DNA of 64,000 nt, from positions 160,001-224,000 of the forward strand of contig CBDCUI010000009.1 in assembly GCA_965222615.1 (NCBI GenBank), in the 5' to 3' direction. This document shows, piece after piece, positions 29,115-38,829 of this stretch (the stretch's first letter is position 1; every line of letters starts with the position of its first letter). The stretch comes from Gammaproteobacteria bacterium (GTDB taxonomy: Bacteria > Pseudomonadota > Gammaproteobacteria > UBA4575). Below the pieces are notes generated by a model that made no database searches, was not told the DNA's origin, and saw only the letters and a list, made by a program, of their open reading frames with translations. Position numbers and translations under genes: made by a program.

Positions 29115-29839
29115 CTAAATTACCTCGCATACTTGTATTTCAACATATTGCCGCTGAGCATCCTGGTATTTTTAGAAATTACTTACAAGAAGATCAAATC
29201 GAATGGGTTCCTATCGAATTAGACGAAGGAGAGCAAATTCCAAATTTAGATCAATTTGATGCGTTGTGGGTTATGGGTGGTCCGATGGATGTATGGGAAG
29301 AAAGTAAATATCCCTGGTTAGTCGACGAGAAAGCTGCAATTCATGAAGCAGTGATTGAACGTAAACTTCCATATTTAGGTTTTTGTCTCGGTCATCAACT
29401 ATTAGCCGATGCGCTTGGGGGCGAAGTCGGTTTAGCAAAAACTCCTGAAATCGGTGTGATGGATGTAGAAATCACAAAGCTAGGAAAAACAAGCCCTTTC
29501 TTACAAGATTTACCTGCTAAGACTAAGTGTCTGCAGTGGCACAGCGCCGAGGTCATACATACACCAGAAGGTGCAGACATTTTAGTTTCAACGAGTTCAT
29601 GTCCGATTCAGGCGATGTCATTGGGCGCCAAGGCATTGAGCGTGCAATACCATATTGAAATAACACCGCACACGGTATCGGAATGGGGTGAGATTCCCGC
29701 TTACAAACAGGCGTTAGAAAAGCAACTTGGGCCGGATGCCTTAGATCAAATAAACACGGACGCGGATCGGCATATGTCAGATATGAATAAAAATTCTCGA
29801 ATACTTTATGAAAATTGGAAACGGACTGTGTTTTCTTGA
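29111..29839 (+). CDS. Type 1 glutamine amidotransferase (stand-alone, GuaA-like)
   Basis: MGGPM, GFCLGHQLLA (Cys), QWHS, QYHIE (His-Glu): catalytic triad intact. Confidence 0.9.
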   Translation: MTKLPRILVFQHIAAEHPGIFRNYLQEDQIEWVPIELDEGEQIPNLDQFDALWVMGGPMDVWEESKYPWLVDEKAAIHEAVIERKLPYLGFCLGHQLLADALGGEVGLAKTPEIGVMDVEITKLGKTSPFLQDLPAKTKCLQWHSAEVIHTPEGADILVSTSSCPIQAMSLGAKALSVQYHIEITPHTVSEWGEIPAYKQALEKQLGPDALDQINTDADRHMSDMNKNSRILYENWKRTVFS

Positions 29840-29910
29840 AAAAGCATTGCTATATATGGATTTGGTCGATTTAAGCACAATGCTAATTCGAAGCGCTGTA
29901 AATTAGCTTT

Positions 29911-30561
29911 ATGTTAATGTCAGCTGAACAGTGGTGGTTGTTTTTAACAGCGTGCACGATTCTAAATATTGCACCTGGTCCAGATACTATTTACATCACT
30001 ACAAAAACGATTACTCAAGGAAAGTTGTCGGGTTTATTGTCCGCTTTTGGTGTTTGTACAGGTGCAATGATTCATGCAATAACAGCTGGCATAGGCCTAT
30101 CAGCCGTTCTGGCAACCTCTGCTTATGCCTTTACTATCATTAAATGGATCGGAGCAGTCTACCTAATGTATCTTGGGTTACGTGCGATTATGGGAACTTT
30201 TAAGCATGGACAAAAAACTAAAAGTTTGAAACAAGAAGTTGCAGCTGTCGAAAATAATTTAGGGAAAATATATTTTCAAGGTGTACTCGTGGATGTGCTT
30301 AATCCTAAGACTGCGATGTTTTTTCTGGCTTTTATCCCACAGTTTATTGACACCACCGCAAACAGCAGTGTTTGGCAATTTATCTTTCTGGGGCTAATCG
30401 TAGTTTTAAATGCATTGGTAATTGAAGCTGTATTGATTTTTTTTGCAGCAAAAATTACACGATTTTTACGTACCAATATATCACTTTCTAATTGGCTTGA
30501 ACGTAGTCTAGGTGCGATATTAATTGGGCTTGGTTTTCACGTTTTGAATAGAAAGATGTAG
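29911..30561 (+). CDS. LysE/RhtB family exporter
   Basis: APGPD, KWIGAVYL.YLG, LNPKT..FF.AF.PQF. Confidence 0.92.
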   Translation: MLMSAEQWWLFLTACTILNIAPGPDTIYITTKTITQGKLSGLLSAFGVCTGAMIHAITAGIGLSAVLATSAYAFTIIKWIGAVYLMYLGLRAIMGTFKHGQKTKSLKQEVAAVENNLGKIYFQGVLVDVLNPKTAMFFLAFIPQFIDTTANSSVWQFIFLGLIVVLNALVIEAVLIFFAAKITRFLRTNISLSNWLERSLGAILIGLGFHVLNRKM

Positions 30562-30621
30562 GCCTGTTATTAATCCTTGACTTGATATTTGAATAAGTTG
30601 TCAAAAAAATAGAGTACTGCT

Positions 30622-31440
30622 TTAATTTTCAATTCCGTAAGATTTGCTCCACAGCAGGATTTCTTTTAATAATTGGTTTAAAAGTTTTTGAATTCTTTTT
30701 GCCTTGTCCGAATGGTATTCAGGAGGACATGATTCATTCATGTAACTTTGTTGTGTAAGTTCTAGTTGTACTGTATGAATATTTTGTTGTGGCTGACCGT
30801 AATGCCGCGTTATGTAACCGCCTATAAAGCGCCCATTGAGTGTGCTTGAATATTCTTTAAAGTTATTACATATCTCAAATAGCCGAATAGCTAAAGCTGT
30901 GTCCATACTTTTACCATTTGCGGTACCTAAGTTGAGATTATCTAATTGGTCATCAAATAGAGATGGAACTACAGATTTTATTGAATGTGCATCAAATAAA
31001 ACTGCAACACCAAATTGTTTGCGTAGTGAGTTTAATTGTTTATTTAAATGATGGTGATAGGGCTGCCAATAGTTTAGTAAACGTTGTTTAATTTCTTCTT
31101 CAGTAGGTTCTTTTCCTTTTTTGTAGACAGGTAATTCATTAAATGTTTTTAGTGGGCAAAGTTCGGTATAGGTTTTGCCTGGGTATAATATTTTATTATT
31201 AGGTGATCGATTCAAATCGATTACATAACGAGAATAATTGGCAATTTGCAAGCTTACACCCAGTTTCGTCGCAAATGCATATAAACGATTCAAATACCAA
31301 TCTGTATCCGGTAATTCAATTGCAGATGGAGTGAATCGTTTCCCGATATCATCGGGCAGCTGGGTACCTGTATGCGGTATACTGATTAACAGTGGCGTAG
31401 AGCCTTGAATGTAATCATATACCTGGTTTGTTGTTAACAA
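30622..31440 (-). CDS. hutG: N-formylglutamate deformylase/amidohydrolase
   Basis: PLLISIPHTG, DTDW, SRYVIDLNR, YWQPYH, DAHSI, NGRF.GGYITRHYG, VQLEL. Confidence 0.88.
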   Translation of the reverse strand: MLTTNQVYDYIQGSTPLLISIPHTGTQLPDDIGKRFTPSAIELPDTDWYLNRLYAFATKLGVSLQIANYSRYVIDLNRSPNNKILYPGKTYTELCPLKTFNELPVYKKGKEPTEEEIKQRLLNYWQPYHHHLNKQLNSLRKQFGVAVLFDAHSIKSVVPSLFDDQLDNLNLGTANGKSMDTALAIRLFEICNNFKEYSSTLNGRFIGGYITRHYGQPQQNIHTVQLELTQQSYMNESCPPEYHSDKAKRIQKLLNQLLKEILLWSKSYGIEN

Positions 31441-31449
31441 AGAAAATGA

Positions 31450-32757
31450 TTAACAGTCCAAAACGTTGGTGCGTTCCCAATCGCTCAGGTGGGTGGTGTA
31501 TTCGTTCCACTCTTGCATTTTTAACTTAATAAGTGAATCAACAAGTTCAGTGCCTAATCCTTTTTGAATAATTTTGTTTTTTTCGAGTAAACGTAGAGCA
31601 TCAAGTAAGGTAGTAGGTAACTGTTTGGCGGCTTTAACCTTGTGGCCTTCTTCATACATATTAATATGTAGCGGTTTTCCAGGGTCACGCTTGCTTTCGA
31701 TGCCTTCTAAACCGGCAGCAATTACGCCGGCTTGTAGAAGATAAGGATTGGTAGAACCATCCATTAAACGTAATTCAAACCTGCCAGCATCAGGTACGCG
31801 TATCATATGCGTGCGGTTATTTCCAGAATAAGTAATCGAACTAGGAGACCAAGTTGCACCGGAGGTAGTGCGTGGGGCACTGATACGTTTATAACTGTTT
31901 ACGGTTGGATTAAATACAGCACATAGAGACTGAGCGTGCTGCAAAATACCACCTAAAAAGTTATAGGCAAGCTTAGACAGTCCCAAATCATCGCTTTTAC
32001 TTAAAAATAGATTCTTTTTGCCTGTTTTGTCCCATAGCGAGACGTGAGCATGACATCCATTACCGGTTAAATTTGAGAATGGTTTCGGTGCAAAGGTTGC
32101 ACGTAACCCATGTTGTTCGGCAAGAGTCTTAGTCATGTATTTAAAGAACACATGTCGGTCCGCAGTGACCAAGGCATCGTCATAGTCCCAATTCATTTCA
32201 AATTGACCGTTTGCGTCTTCATGATCGTTTTGATAAGGATTCCAACCAAGTTCAATCATGCAATCACAAATTTCACTTATTAACGGGAAACGGCGCATAA
32301 GCGCTTGCTGGTCATAACAAGGCTTGCTTTGTGTGTCTGCAGAATCGGCTAAAGCATTACCTTCTTGATTGATAAGAAAGTACTCACACTCTACACCGGT
32401 TTTTACGCGATAACCTTTTTTAGTTGCACGTGCTAGTTGTCGCTTCAGTGCAACACGGGGGGAGGCTTCTACTTCTTTGCCGTCCATCCAGAGATCACTG
32501 GCAAGCCAACCAATTTCTGGATTCCACGGTAATTGAATAAGACTGCTTGGATCGGGCACACCAAACATATCTGGATGTGCAGGAGTCATATCTAACCACG
32601 CTGCAAAGCCAGCAAACCCGGCACCATCTTTTTGCATGTCTGCAATGGCTCGTGCTGGGACAAGCTTAGCGCGTAAAACTCCAAACAGATCGACAAAGCT
32701 AACTAGAAAATATTTTATGCCATTATCTTTTGCGACTTTTGCCAAATTTGTAGCCAT
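31450..32757 (-). CDS. gmaS: Gamma-glutamylmethylamide synthetase (GlnT-type)
   Basis: RAKLVP, GAGFAGFAAWLDMTPAHPD, DHEDANGQFEMN, TTSGATWSP, GNNRTHMIR; follows mgsABC. Confidence 0.9.
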   Translation of the reverse strand: MATNLAKVAKDNGIKYFLVSFVDLFGVLRAKLVPARAIADMQKDGAGFAGFAAWLDMTPAHPDMFGVPDPSSLIQLPWNPEIGWLASDLWMDGKEVEASPRVALKRQLARATKKGYRVKTGVECEYFLINQEGNALADSADTQSKPCYDQQALMRRFPLISEICDCMIELGWNPYQNDHEDANGQFEMNWDYDDALVTADRHVFFKYMTKTLAEQHGLRATFAPKPFSNLTGNGCHAHVSLWDKTGKKNLFLSKSDDLGLSKLAYNFLGGILQHAQSLCAVFNPTVNSYKRISAPRTTSGATWSPSSITYSGNNRTHMIRVPDAGRFELRLMDGSTNPYLLQAGVIAAGLEGIESKRDPGKPLHINMYEEGHKVKAAKQLPTTLLDALRLLEKNKIIQKGLGTELVDSLIKLKMQEWNEYTTHLSDWERTNVLDC

Positions 32758-32835
32758 AACTCTTCTCCCATAGACCTTTCTTATTGTTAGTTTTTATATG
32801 AACGTTTGTTTAAGACCTTTCATATCGTTACGTTA

Positions 32836-34188
32836 TTAATATGTGTTGGTGCCAGGTATCCAATCAGTTCCAGCAAGAGGCACTTTTGCCATCGCAGCCG
32901 CTTCAACCGTTAGCGCAACCAAATCTTCTGGTTCCAGATTATGCAAATGCGATTTACCACAGGCTCTAGCCAAAGTTTGTGCTTCCAGCACCATAGTTTG
33001 CAACAAATTTTTTATACGACGGCCTCCTAATTCCGGATCTAAGTTTTTGCCCAATTCCGGGTCTTGTGTTGAGATCCCAGCAGGGCATTTGCCTTCATGA
33101 TAAGCATCATAATAACCGGGGGCTGTACCTAATTTATGGTATTCATTTGTGTATTTGGGACTGTTGCAGCCCAGCGCAAAAAGGGCTGCCATCCCTATTG
33201 ATACAGCATCTGCACCTAATGCCAAGCATTTGGCAACATCGGCTCCATTGCGTATACCGCCCGATACAATGAGTTGGACTTTACGATGCATGCCCATTTC
33301 TTGTAAGGCTTGAGTAGCGATTCGAACTGCGGGCAAGGTTGGGATACCAACATGTTCAATAAATACATCTTGAGTTGCGGCTGTTCCACCTTGCATGCCA
33401 TCAAGTACAACTGCATCTGCACCGGCTTTGACGGCGAGCTGTACATCATATTTAGTTCGTGTCGCGCCGACTTTTATATAAATTGGTTTTTCATAATCCG
33501 TAATCTCACGCAGCTCTTGGATTTTTATTTCCAAATCATCCGGGCCTGTCCAATCTGGATGTCGACAGGCGCTACGCTGATCAACACCTTTTGGTAGAGT
33601 ACGCATTTGTGCTACACGATCACTAATTTTATAGCCAAGTAGCATACCGCCTCCGCCAGGCTTAGCGCCTTGACCGCAAACGACTTCAATTGCATCAGCT
33701 TTACGCAAATCATCTGGGTTCATGCCATAACGCGAAGGCAGCAACTGATAAACAAGTGTCTTAGATGATTTTCTTTCTTCCGGAGTCATGCCACCATCTC
33801 CAGTAGTCGTACTGGTGCCCATCATCGATGCACCTTTACCCAGAGCGTCCTTTGCTTGAGCCGATAGCGCACCAAAGCTCATACCAGCAATAGTAATTGG
33901 GATATCAAGATGCAGTGGTTTTTTTGCATAACGTGTACCAATTACAACATCGGTATCACAACGTTCCCGGTAACCCTCGAGTGGATAACGTGACATACTT
34001 GCACCGAGAAATAATAAGTCATCGAAATGGGGTAGCTGGCGTTTTGCGCCGCCGCCACGGATACTATAAATGCCTTGTGTAGCAGCACGCTGTATTTCAG
34101 CAATTGTATTTCTATCCCAAGTGTAAGATTCTTTCATTGGCGGAAGTTGTTCGCTTTTTACCATTGGATTTAAATCTAAATTTTCCAT
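32836..34188 (-). CDS. mgsC: N-methylglutamate synthase FMN-binding subunit
   Basis: LGASMSRYPLEGYRE, GQGAKPGGGG, RSACRHPDWTGPDDL, ARACGKSHLHNLEPEDL. Confidence 0.9.
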   Translation of the reverse strand: MENLDLNPMVKSEQLPPMKESYTWDRNTIAEIQRAATQGIYSIRGGGAKRQLPHFDDLLFLGASMSRYPLEGYRERCDTDVVIGTRYAKKPLHLDIPITIAGMSFGALSAQAKDALGKGASMMGTSTTTGDGGMTPEERKSSKTLVYQLLPSRYGMNPDDLRKADAIEVVCGQGAKPGGGGMLLGYKISDRVAQMRTLPKGVDQRSACRHPDWTGPDDLEIKIQELREITDYEKPIYIKVGATRTKYDVQLAVKAGADAVVLDGMQGGTAATQDVFIEHVGIPTLPAVRIATQALQEMGMHRKVQLIVSGGIRNGADVAKCLALGADAVSIGMAALFALGCNSPKYTNEYHKLGTAPGYYDAYHEGKCPAGISTQDPELGKNLDPELGGRRIKNLLQTMVLEAQTLARACGKSHLHNLEPEDLVALTVEAAAMAKVPLAGTDWIPGTNTY

Positions 34189-34207
34189 TTTAATACCTTA
34201 TTTACAT

Positions 34208-34903
34208 TTATTCCGAAGGTAGATGGGCATCATCAATCTTAAAGTTATATAAGTTTCTTGCGGAGCCATAGCGCTTGAAATTTTTTGGATTAGCATTAAC
34301 TCCTGCTTGATGTAAAAGTTCGGTAAGCTTGTTTAGATGTTCGTGCTTCATTCCCTTTTCGATACAATCCATACCGAGGCTTTTAACTTTTCCCTGTACA
34401 AAAATTTGTACTTCATATATTGAATCACCTAAAGAGTCACCGGCATCACCACAAATTACTAAACTTCCTAATTGCCCCATGAATGCCGACATATGTCCAA
34501 CGGATCCTCCCACTACGATATCGACTCCTTTCATTGAAATACCACAACGCGCGGCAGCATCTCCTTCAATGACAAGTAGGCCTCCATGCCCGGTAGCACC
34601 AGCATATTGTGAGGCATTTCCTTTTATAGTGACTTGGCCTGACATGATATTTTCTGCGACACCGGCACCGGCATTGCCCGTGACGGTTATATTGGCTTGT
34701 TTATTCATGCCACCACAATAGTAACCTACATGACCGTCAATCTTTACATCGATAGGTGAATCGAGGCCTACTGCAATAGCATGTTTGCCACTTGGATTGT
34801 TAACTAAAAACTCGGCTGATTTAAGTTTGCCATTGTGTAAATGGAGTTGTTCATTGAGCTCACGAACTTCAGTACTTGCAAGGTCATACATTTTTTTCTT
34901 CAC
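34208..34903 (-). CDS. mgsB: N-methylglutamate synthase GXGXG subunit
   Basis: GHVGYYCGGMN, GVAENIMSG, ARCGISMKG, GDSIYE, YGSARNLYNF. Confidence 0.9.
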   Translation of the reverse strand: MKKKMYDLASTEVRELNEQLHLHNGKLKSAEFLVNNPSGKHAIAVGLDSPIDVKIDGHVGYYCGGMNKQANITVTGNAGAGVAENIMSGQVTIKGNASQYAGATGHGGLLVIEGDAAARCGISMKGVDIVVGGSVGHMSAFMGQLGSLVICGDAGDSLGDSIYEVQIFVQGKVKSLGMDCIEKGMKHEHLNKLTELLHQAGVNANPKNFKRYGSARNLYNFKIDDAHLPSE

Positions 34904-35375
34904 AATTATCGATCTCGTTAAGCTTATCTTGTCTAGAAAGTTCTACAGCCCAAACTGCTGCTTGTAGGCGGGAATGTAGTTTTAACTTAGACAATATGTT
35001 TTTAACATGTACTTTAACAGTGCAGTAGCTAATTCCTAATTTAAGCGCAATCACTTTATTGCTTAGACCTGATGCGAGAAGCGTTAAGACTTGTTTTTCT
35101 CTAGTCGTTAAACCAGCGTCATTAATTTTTTGTTCACTTGGATTTAATAATGGGTCGAGATTATCGGAATTGACTGGCTCTTTTAATTGCGAGTTTGTAG
35201 TTATTTCTAGTCGATCTGAATATTTGTCAGATAATGGTGATACAATAAATAACGTTTCCATATTAGAAAGTTGGTTGAGCATTTGTTTTCCACTTTCACT
35301 ATGTGGATTGATTTCTAGCGCCATCACATTATCCAATTTATCTACCAAGTTTTTAATAATCTCTATATCTTCCAT
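34884..35375 (-). CDS. LuxR-type HTH regulator lacking a receiver domain, inside the mgs operon
   Basis: LTTREKQVL.LLASGLSNKVIA.KL.IS..TVKVHVKNILSKL. Confidence 0.88.
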   Translation of the reverse strand: MEDIEIIKNLVDKLDNVMALEINPHSESGKQMLNQLSNMETLFIVSPLSDKYSDRLEITTNSQLKEPVNSDNLDPLLNPSEQKINDAGLTTREKQVLTLLASGLSNKVIALKLGISYCTVKVHVKNILSKLKLHSRLQAAVWAVELSRQDKLNEIDNCEEKNV

Positions 35376-35378
35376 ATG

Positions 35379-36278
35379 CTACTCCTTGATCCAGCTGTAA
35401 ATTTTTTCAGGCTCAGGTTCCCAAATTTTTGCATTTTCAACTCCAGGTAAATTTGCTATGGCGCGAAATTCTGACGCCATGGCAGCCCATTCATCTGTTT
35501 CAGCCATCACTGCTGGTTTACAGCCAATGGGATCGCGCATTACTGCAAATCCATCACGTGTGCCTATTGCAAAAGTATAAAACCCATCAAGATCATCAAT
35601 AGCATTTTCCAATGCTTCAGTAAGTGAAGCACCTTCACGTATCTGCCACATCAGATAACCGGCAGCAACTTCGCTGTCGTTATCGGTTTTAAACTCAACA
35701 CCTTCTCTGCGTAGTTTTCTGCGTAATCGATTGTGGTTGGATAAAGAGCCGTTGTGAACTAGACACAAATCTAGGCCTGTAGAAAATGGATGTGAGTGTT
35801 CGGTAGTAACGGCGCTCTCGGTTGCCATGCGAGTATGTCCTAAGGCATGTGTGCCTTGTAAGTCACTTAACTCAAAGCGTCGAACAACATCCTTAGGCAA
35901 TCCTTTATCCTTATAAATCTCGATTATCGTGCCTGAACTAGTTACATGAAGATCCGAATGATTTTGTTCCAACCAAGTTAAGATGATAACAACATCTGTT
36001 GGCACAATGAGAACTGCATGATTAAAGCGTGTTTCAATAGAAGATTTTTCACCGAATTTTTCTTGCAGCTGTTTTTCGAGTTTATCCCAAGGATAATTTT
36101 GGGATTTATTGAGGAGTGTAATTTTCGAGAAGCCTGGCTCAACAGGGTTTCGATAAAATGCAACTCCGGCACTATCCGGTCCACGCTCCGACATTTCGAC
36201 GAGCATAGGAGAAAGTAGATCTCCTAACAGTGGTTCTAAATCCGGGTTTTTAAAAAACAGCCCTACGATTCCACACAC
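35379..36278 (-). CDS. mgsA: N-methylglutamate synthase amidotransferase subunit
   Basis: GTG start, MCGIVG, RGPDSAG, GHTRMATES, VHNGSLSNH, DLDGFYTF, CKPAV.AET. Confidence 0.9.
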   Translation of the reverse strand: MCGIVGLFFKNPDLEPLLGDLLSPMLVEMSERGPDSAGVAFYRNPVEPGFSKITLLNKSQNYPWDKLEKQLQEKFGEKSSIETRFNHAVLIVPTDVVIILTWLEQNHSDLHVTSSGTIIEIYKDKGLPKDVVRRFELSDLQGTHALGHTRMATESAVTTEHSHPFSTGLDLCLVHNGSLSNHNRLRRKLRREGVEFKTDNDSEVAAGYLMWQIREGASLTEALENAIDDLDGFYTFAIGTRDGFAVMRDPIGCKPAVMAETDEWAAMASEFRAIANLPGVENAKIWEPEPEKIYSWIKE

Positions 36279-36326
36279 CGTAAAAAAGCCTCTTAATATT
36301 TAGATTATTTATACTAGTTTAGGCAA

Positions 36327-36386
36327 ATTCTATGGTGAAGGCATATATTTGTCAACTGATATGAATAAAATATTCCTGATAGGAAA
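36327..36386 (-). promoter_or_regulatory. Sigma70 promoter of the mgs-gmaS operon with upstream operator-like repeats
   Basis: Minus strand TTGACA-17nt-TAGAAT (36355-36327); AACTGATATGAAT and palindrome TTCCTGATAGGAA just upstream. Confidence 0.65.
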
Positions 36387-36419
36387 CTTTAATCAGGCTG
36401 ATTGTGATTTTCTGTGTAT

Positions 36420-37031
36420 TCAGTTTTCCCGATTCAGCTTGATGATGACAGACAATAAACGGATCGGTAGCTTTATTAGTTCTTCAGGCCCATGCGGTGC
36501 ATCCGCATCAAAAAACAGGGAATCCCCTGGCTTGAGCCTATAAGTATTATTGGTATGGCGATATAGTGCTTCGCCTTCCAGCATATAAATAAACTCAGCC
36601 CCAGAATGCTGAAATAATGGGAATACTTCAGATTCTTCAGATAAGGTGACGAGAAAAGGTTCCACCGATACTTGTTTATCAATTGTATGGCCAAGTAGTT
36701 GGTAAATATGCCCAGCTCTTGTGCCTTGACGATTAATGCTCAATCCCTCACCAGAACGAACATAGGTACAATCGCGTTCTTCTTCATATTTGCGGAATAA
36801 AGACGTTACTGGCACGTTGAGTGCGTTAGCAAGTGCGTGTAGCGTAGCCAGCGAAGGAGAGGTGTTGCCATTTTCAATTTTTGAGAGCATACCCGGAGAC
36901 AGATCTGCGGCTTTGGCGACTTCTTTAACTGTCAATTGAAGCTGTTTACGAAACTCTTTGATTTGATTACCAATAGCTGACTCTAAAGGAAGCGTCTTAT
37001 GGTTAATATCTAGATGGGCCTCATGTTTCAA
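36420..37031 (-). CDS. XRE-family HTH / cupin transcriptional regulator
   Basis: LSPGMLSKIENG.TSPSL HTH; FQHSG.EFIYMLEG and PGDSLFFDA..PHGP cupin; typical neighbour of NMG genes. Confidence 0.92.
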   Translation of the reverse strand: MKHEAHLDINHKTLPLESAIGNQIKEFRKQLQLTVKEVAKAADLSPGMLSKIENGNTSPSLATLHALANALNVPVTSLFRKYEEERDCTYVRSGEGLSINRQGTRAGHIYQLLGHTIDKQVSVEPFLVTLSEESEVFPLFQHSGAEFIYMLEGEALYRHTNNTYRLKPGDSLFFDADAPHGPEELIKLPIRLLSVIIKLNREN

Positions 37032-37318
37032 AGTTGATATCCCTATGCCATTTTGTGGGTGACGAAAATGCTATATCGTAAATTAAGAATGACATTTATT
37101 ATTGAGAAACTAGTTTAACTCATATGAATTTGTCAATAGAAATTTTTCCGCTTAATTAAGATATTTATATATTTCAATACCTTATTCTATGGCAACATCA
37201 AAGGGGTTCTATATACTTTATATATAAGGTGCCTAGTGTGATATCGTACCAAGCCGGTTGAAAAACAGCTTTGTACTTTTGAATTTTATTACATCAATGT
37301 TAAAGCGTTTAGTGGAAT

Positions 37319-38026
37319 TTACATTCCCAGATAGGCTTTACGCACATGATCGTTGTCCATGAGGCTTTTCGCTTCACCTTCAAGCGCAACAGCTCCGGTT
37401 TCAAGCACATAACCGTGGCGTGCTAATTCAAGCGCAAGTTCTGCATTTTGTTCAACTAAAATTATACTTACTCCTTTTTTATTAATTGCAATTAAAATCT
37501 TTGCGATTTCCTGCACGATTACAGGTGCGAGGCCCAAAGAAGGTTCATCGAGTAACAATACACGAGGGTTAGACATTAATGCTCGACCAATAGCTAACAT
37601 TTGTTGTTCACCACCACTCATGGTTTTTGCTAACTGATGTTGGCGCTCTTTCAGTCGTGGAAAATGATTGAATACTATTTCCAAATCATTTTTGATTCCA
37701 TCTTTATCATTTCTGGTAAAAGCACCAAGCTGTAGGTTTTCTAGTACAGTAAGCCCTTTGAAAACACGTCGACCTTCTGGAACATGGGCTATGCCTAATT
37801 TGAGAATTTTGTCTGCAGATAATTTATCTATACGCTTTTCATCAAAATAGATTTCGCCACTACTAGGATGTTCTAGACCAGAGATTGTGCGTAGGGTGGT
37901 GCTTTTGCCCGCGCCATTAGAGCCGATTAATGTAACGAAATCAGATTCGTTAAGATCCAAAGAAACCCCTTTCAAAGCGGCAACTTTATGGTAGTGAACG
38001 TGAATATCTTTAACTTGCATTAACAT
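37319..38026 (-). CDS. ABC ATP-binding protein (LivF-like)
   Basis: GSNGAGKST, MSGGEQQM, DEPSLGL, VEQNA. Confidence 0.93.
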   Translation of the reverse strand: MLMQVKDIHVHYHKVAALKGVSLDLNESDFVTLIGSNGAGKSTTLRTISGLEHPSSGEIYFDEKRIDKLSADKILKLGIAHVPEGRRVFKGLTVLENLQLGAFTRNDKDGIKNDLEIVFNHFPRLKERQHQLAKTMSGGEQQMLAIGRALMSNPRVLLLDEPSLGLAPVIVQEIAKILIAINKKGVSIILVEQNAELALELARHGYVLETGAVALEGEAKSLMDNDHVRKAYLGM

Positions 38027-38027
38027 A

Positions 38028-38783
38028 TCAATTTGTTCCACCAAGATATGCTTCGATCACTTTTTCATTTGCTCTAATTTCTTCGGGTGTGCCTTCGGCA
38101 AGTAACTGCCCAAAATTAAGTACAGTGAGATAGCCACATAGCCCCATCACAGCTTTCATATCGTGTTCAACTAAGACGATAGTAATTCCGGATTGTTGAA
38201 TTTTTCTGGTCAACTCCATCATGTGATTGGTCTCTTCAGGATTCATCCCAGCAAATGGCTCATCCATCAGTAGAACCTTTGGTTCAGCTGCTAACGCAAT
38301 GGACATGGCCAAAGCACGTTGTGACCCTAAAGGCAACTCAGAAGCAAGTTGGTCTTTGCGTTCACTTAGCCCCATGAATTCCAATACTTCTGTAGTTTTT
38401 TCGCGTGCTTGACGTTGTTTGTTTTTATCAGCACTCAGAATTGCAGAAAAAATATTTGTGCTAGCTTTGATATGACAACCTACAAGAACATTTTCAAACA
38501 CACTTAGTTCTTGAAATAAAGTTGTTTCTTGAAAGGTGCGAACGACACCTAAACGCGCCACCTTGCTAGGATTCATGCCCGCAATATCTTGGTTGCTATA
38601 ACGGATTTGTCCGTTTGTTGGCGTGTAGAATCCAGCTATGTTTTTAAACATGGTACTCTTACCAGCACCATTGGGTCCGATCAATCCACGGATTTCACCT
38701 TCTTCTACTTGAAAGCTCACATTATCTAAAGCAGTTAATCCCCCAAATTGCTTAGTTACATTGCTAATTTCAAGTAATGCCAT
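38028..38783 (-). CDS. ABC ATP-binding protein (LivG-like)
   Basis: GPNGAGKST, LPLGSQR, MDEP, VEHDM, EAYLG. Confidence 0.93.
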   Translation of the reverse strand: MALLEISNVTKQFGGLTALDNVSFQVEEGEIRGLIGPNGAGKSTMFKNIAGFYTPTNGQIRYSNQDIAGMNPSKVARLGVVRTFQETTLFQELSVFENVLVGCHIKASTNIFSAILSADKNKQRQAREKTTEVLEFMGLSERKDQLASELPLGSQRALAMSIALAAEPKVLLMDEPFAGMNPEETNHMMELTRKIQQSGITIVLVEHDMKAVMGLCGYLTVLNFGQLLAEGTPEEIRANEKVIEAYLGGTN

Positions 38784-38829
38784 GAGATTTTCTGCTTTAC
38801 ATTTATATATGATGTTTCAATGTTAAGTT

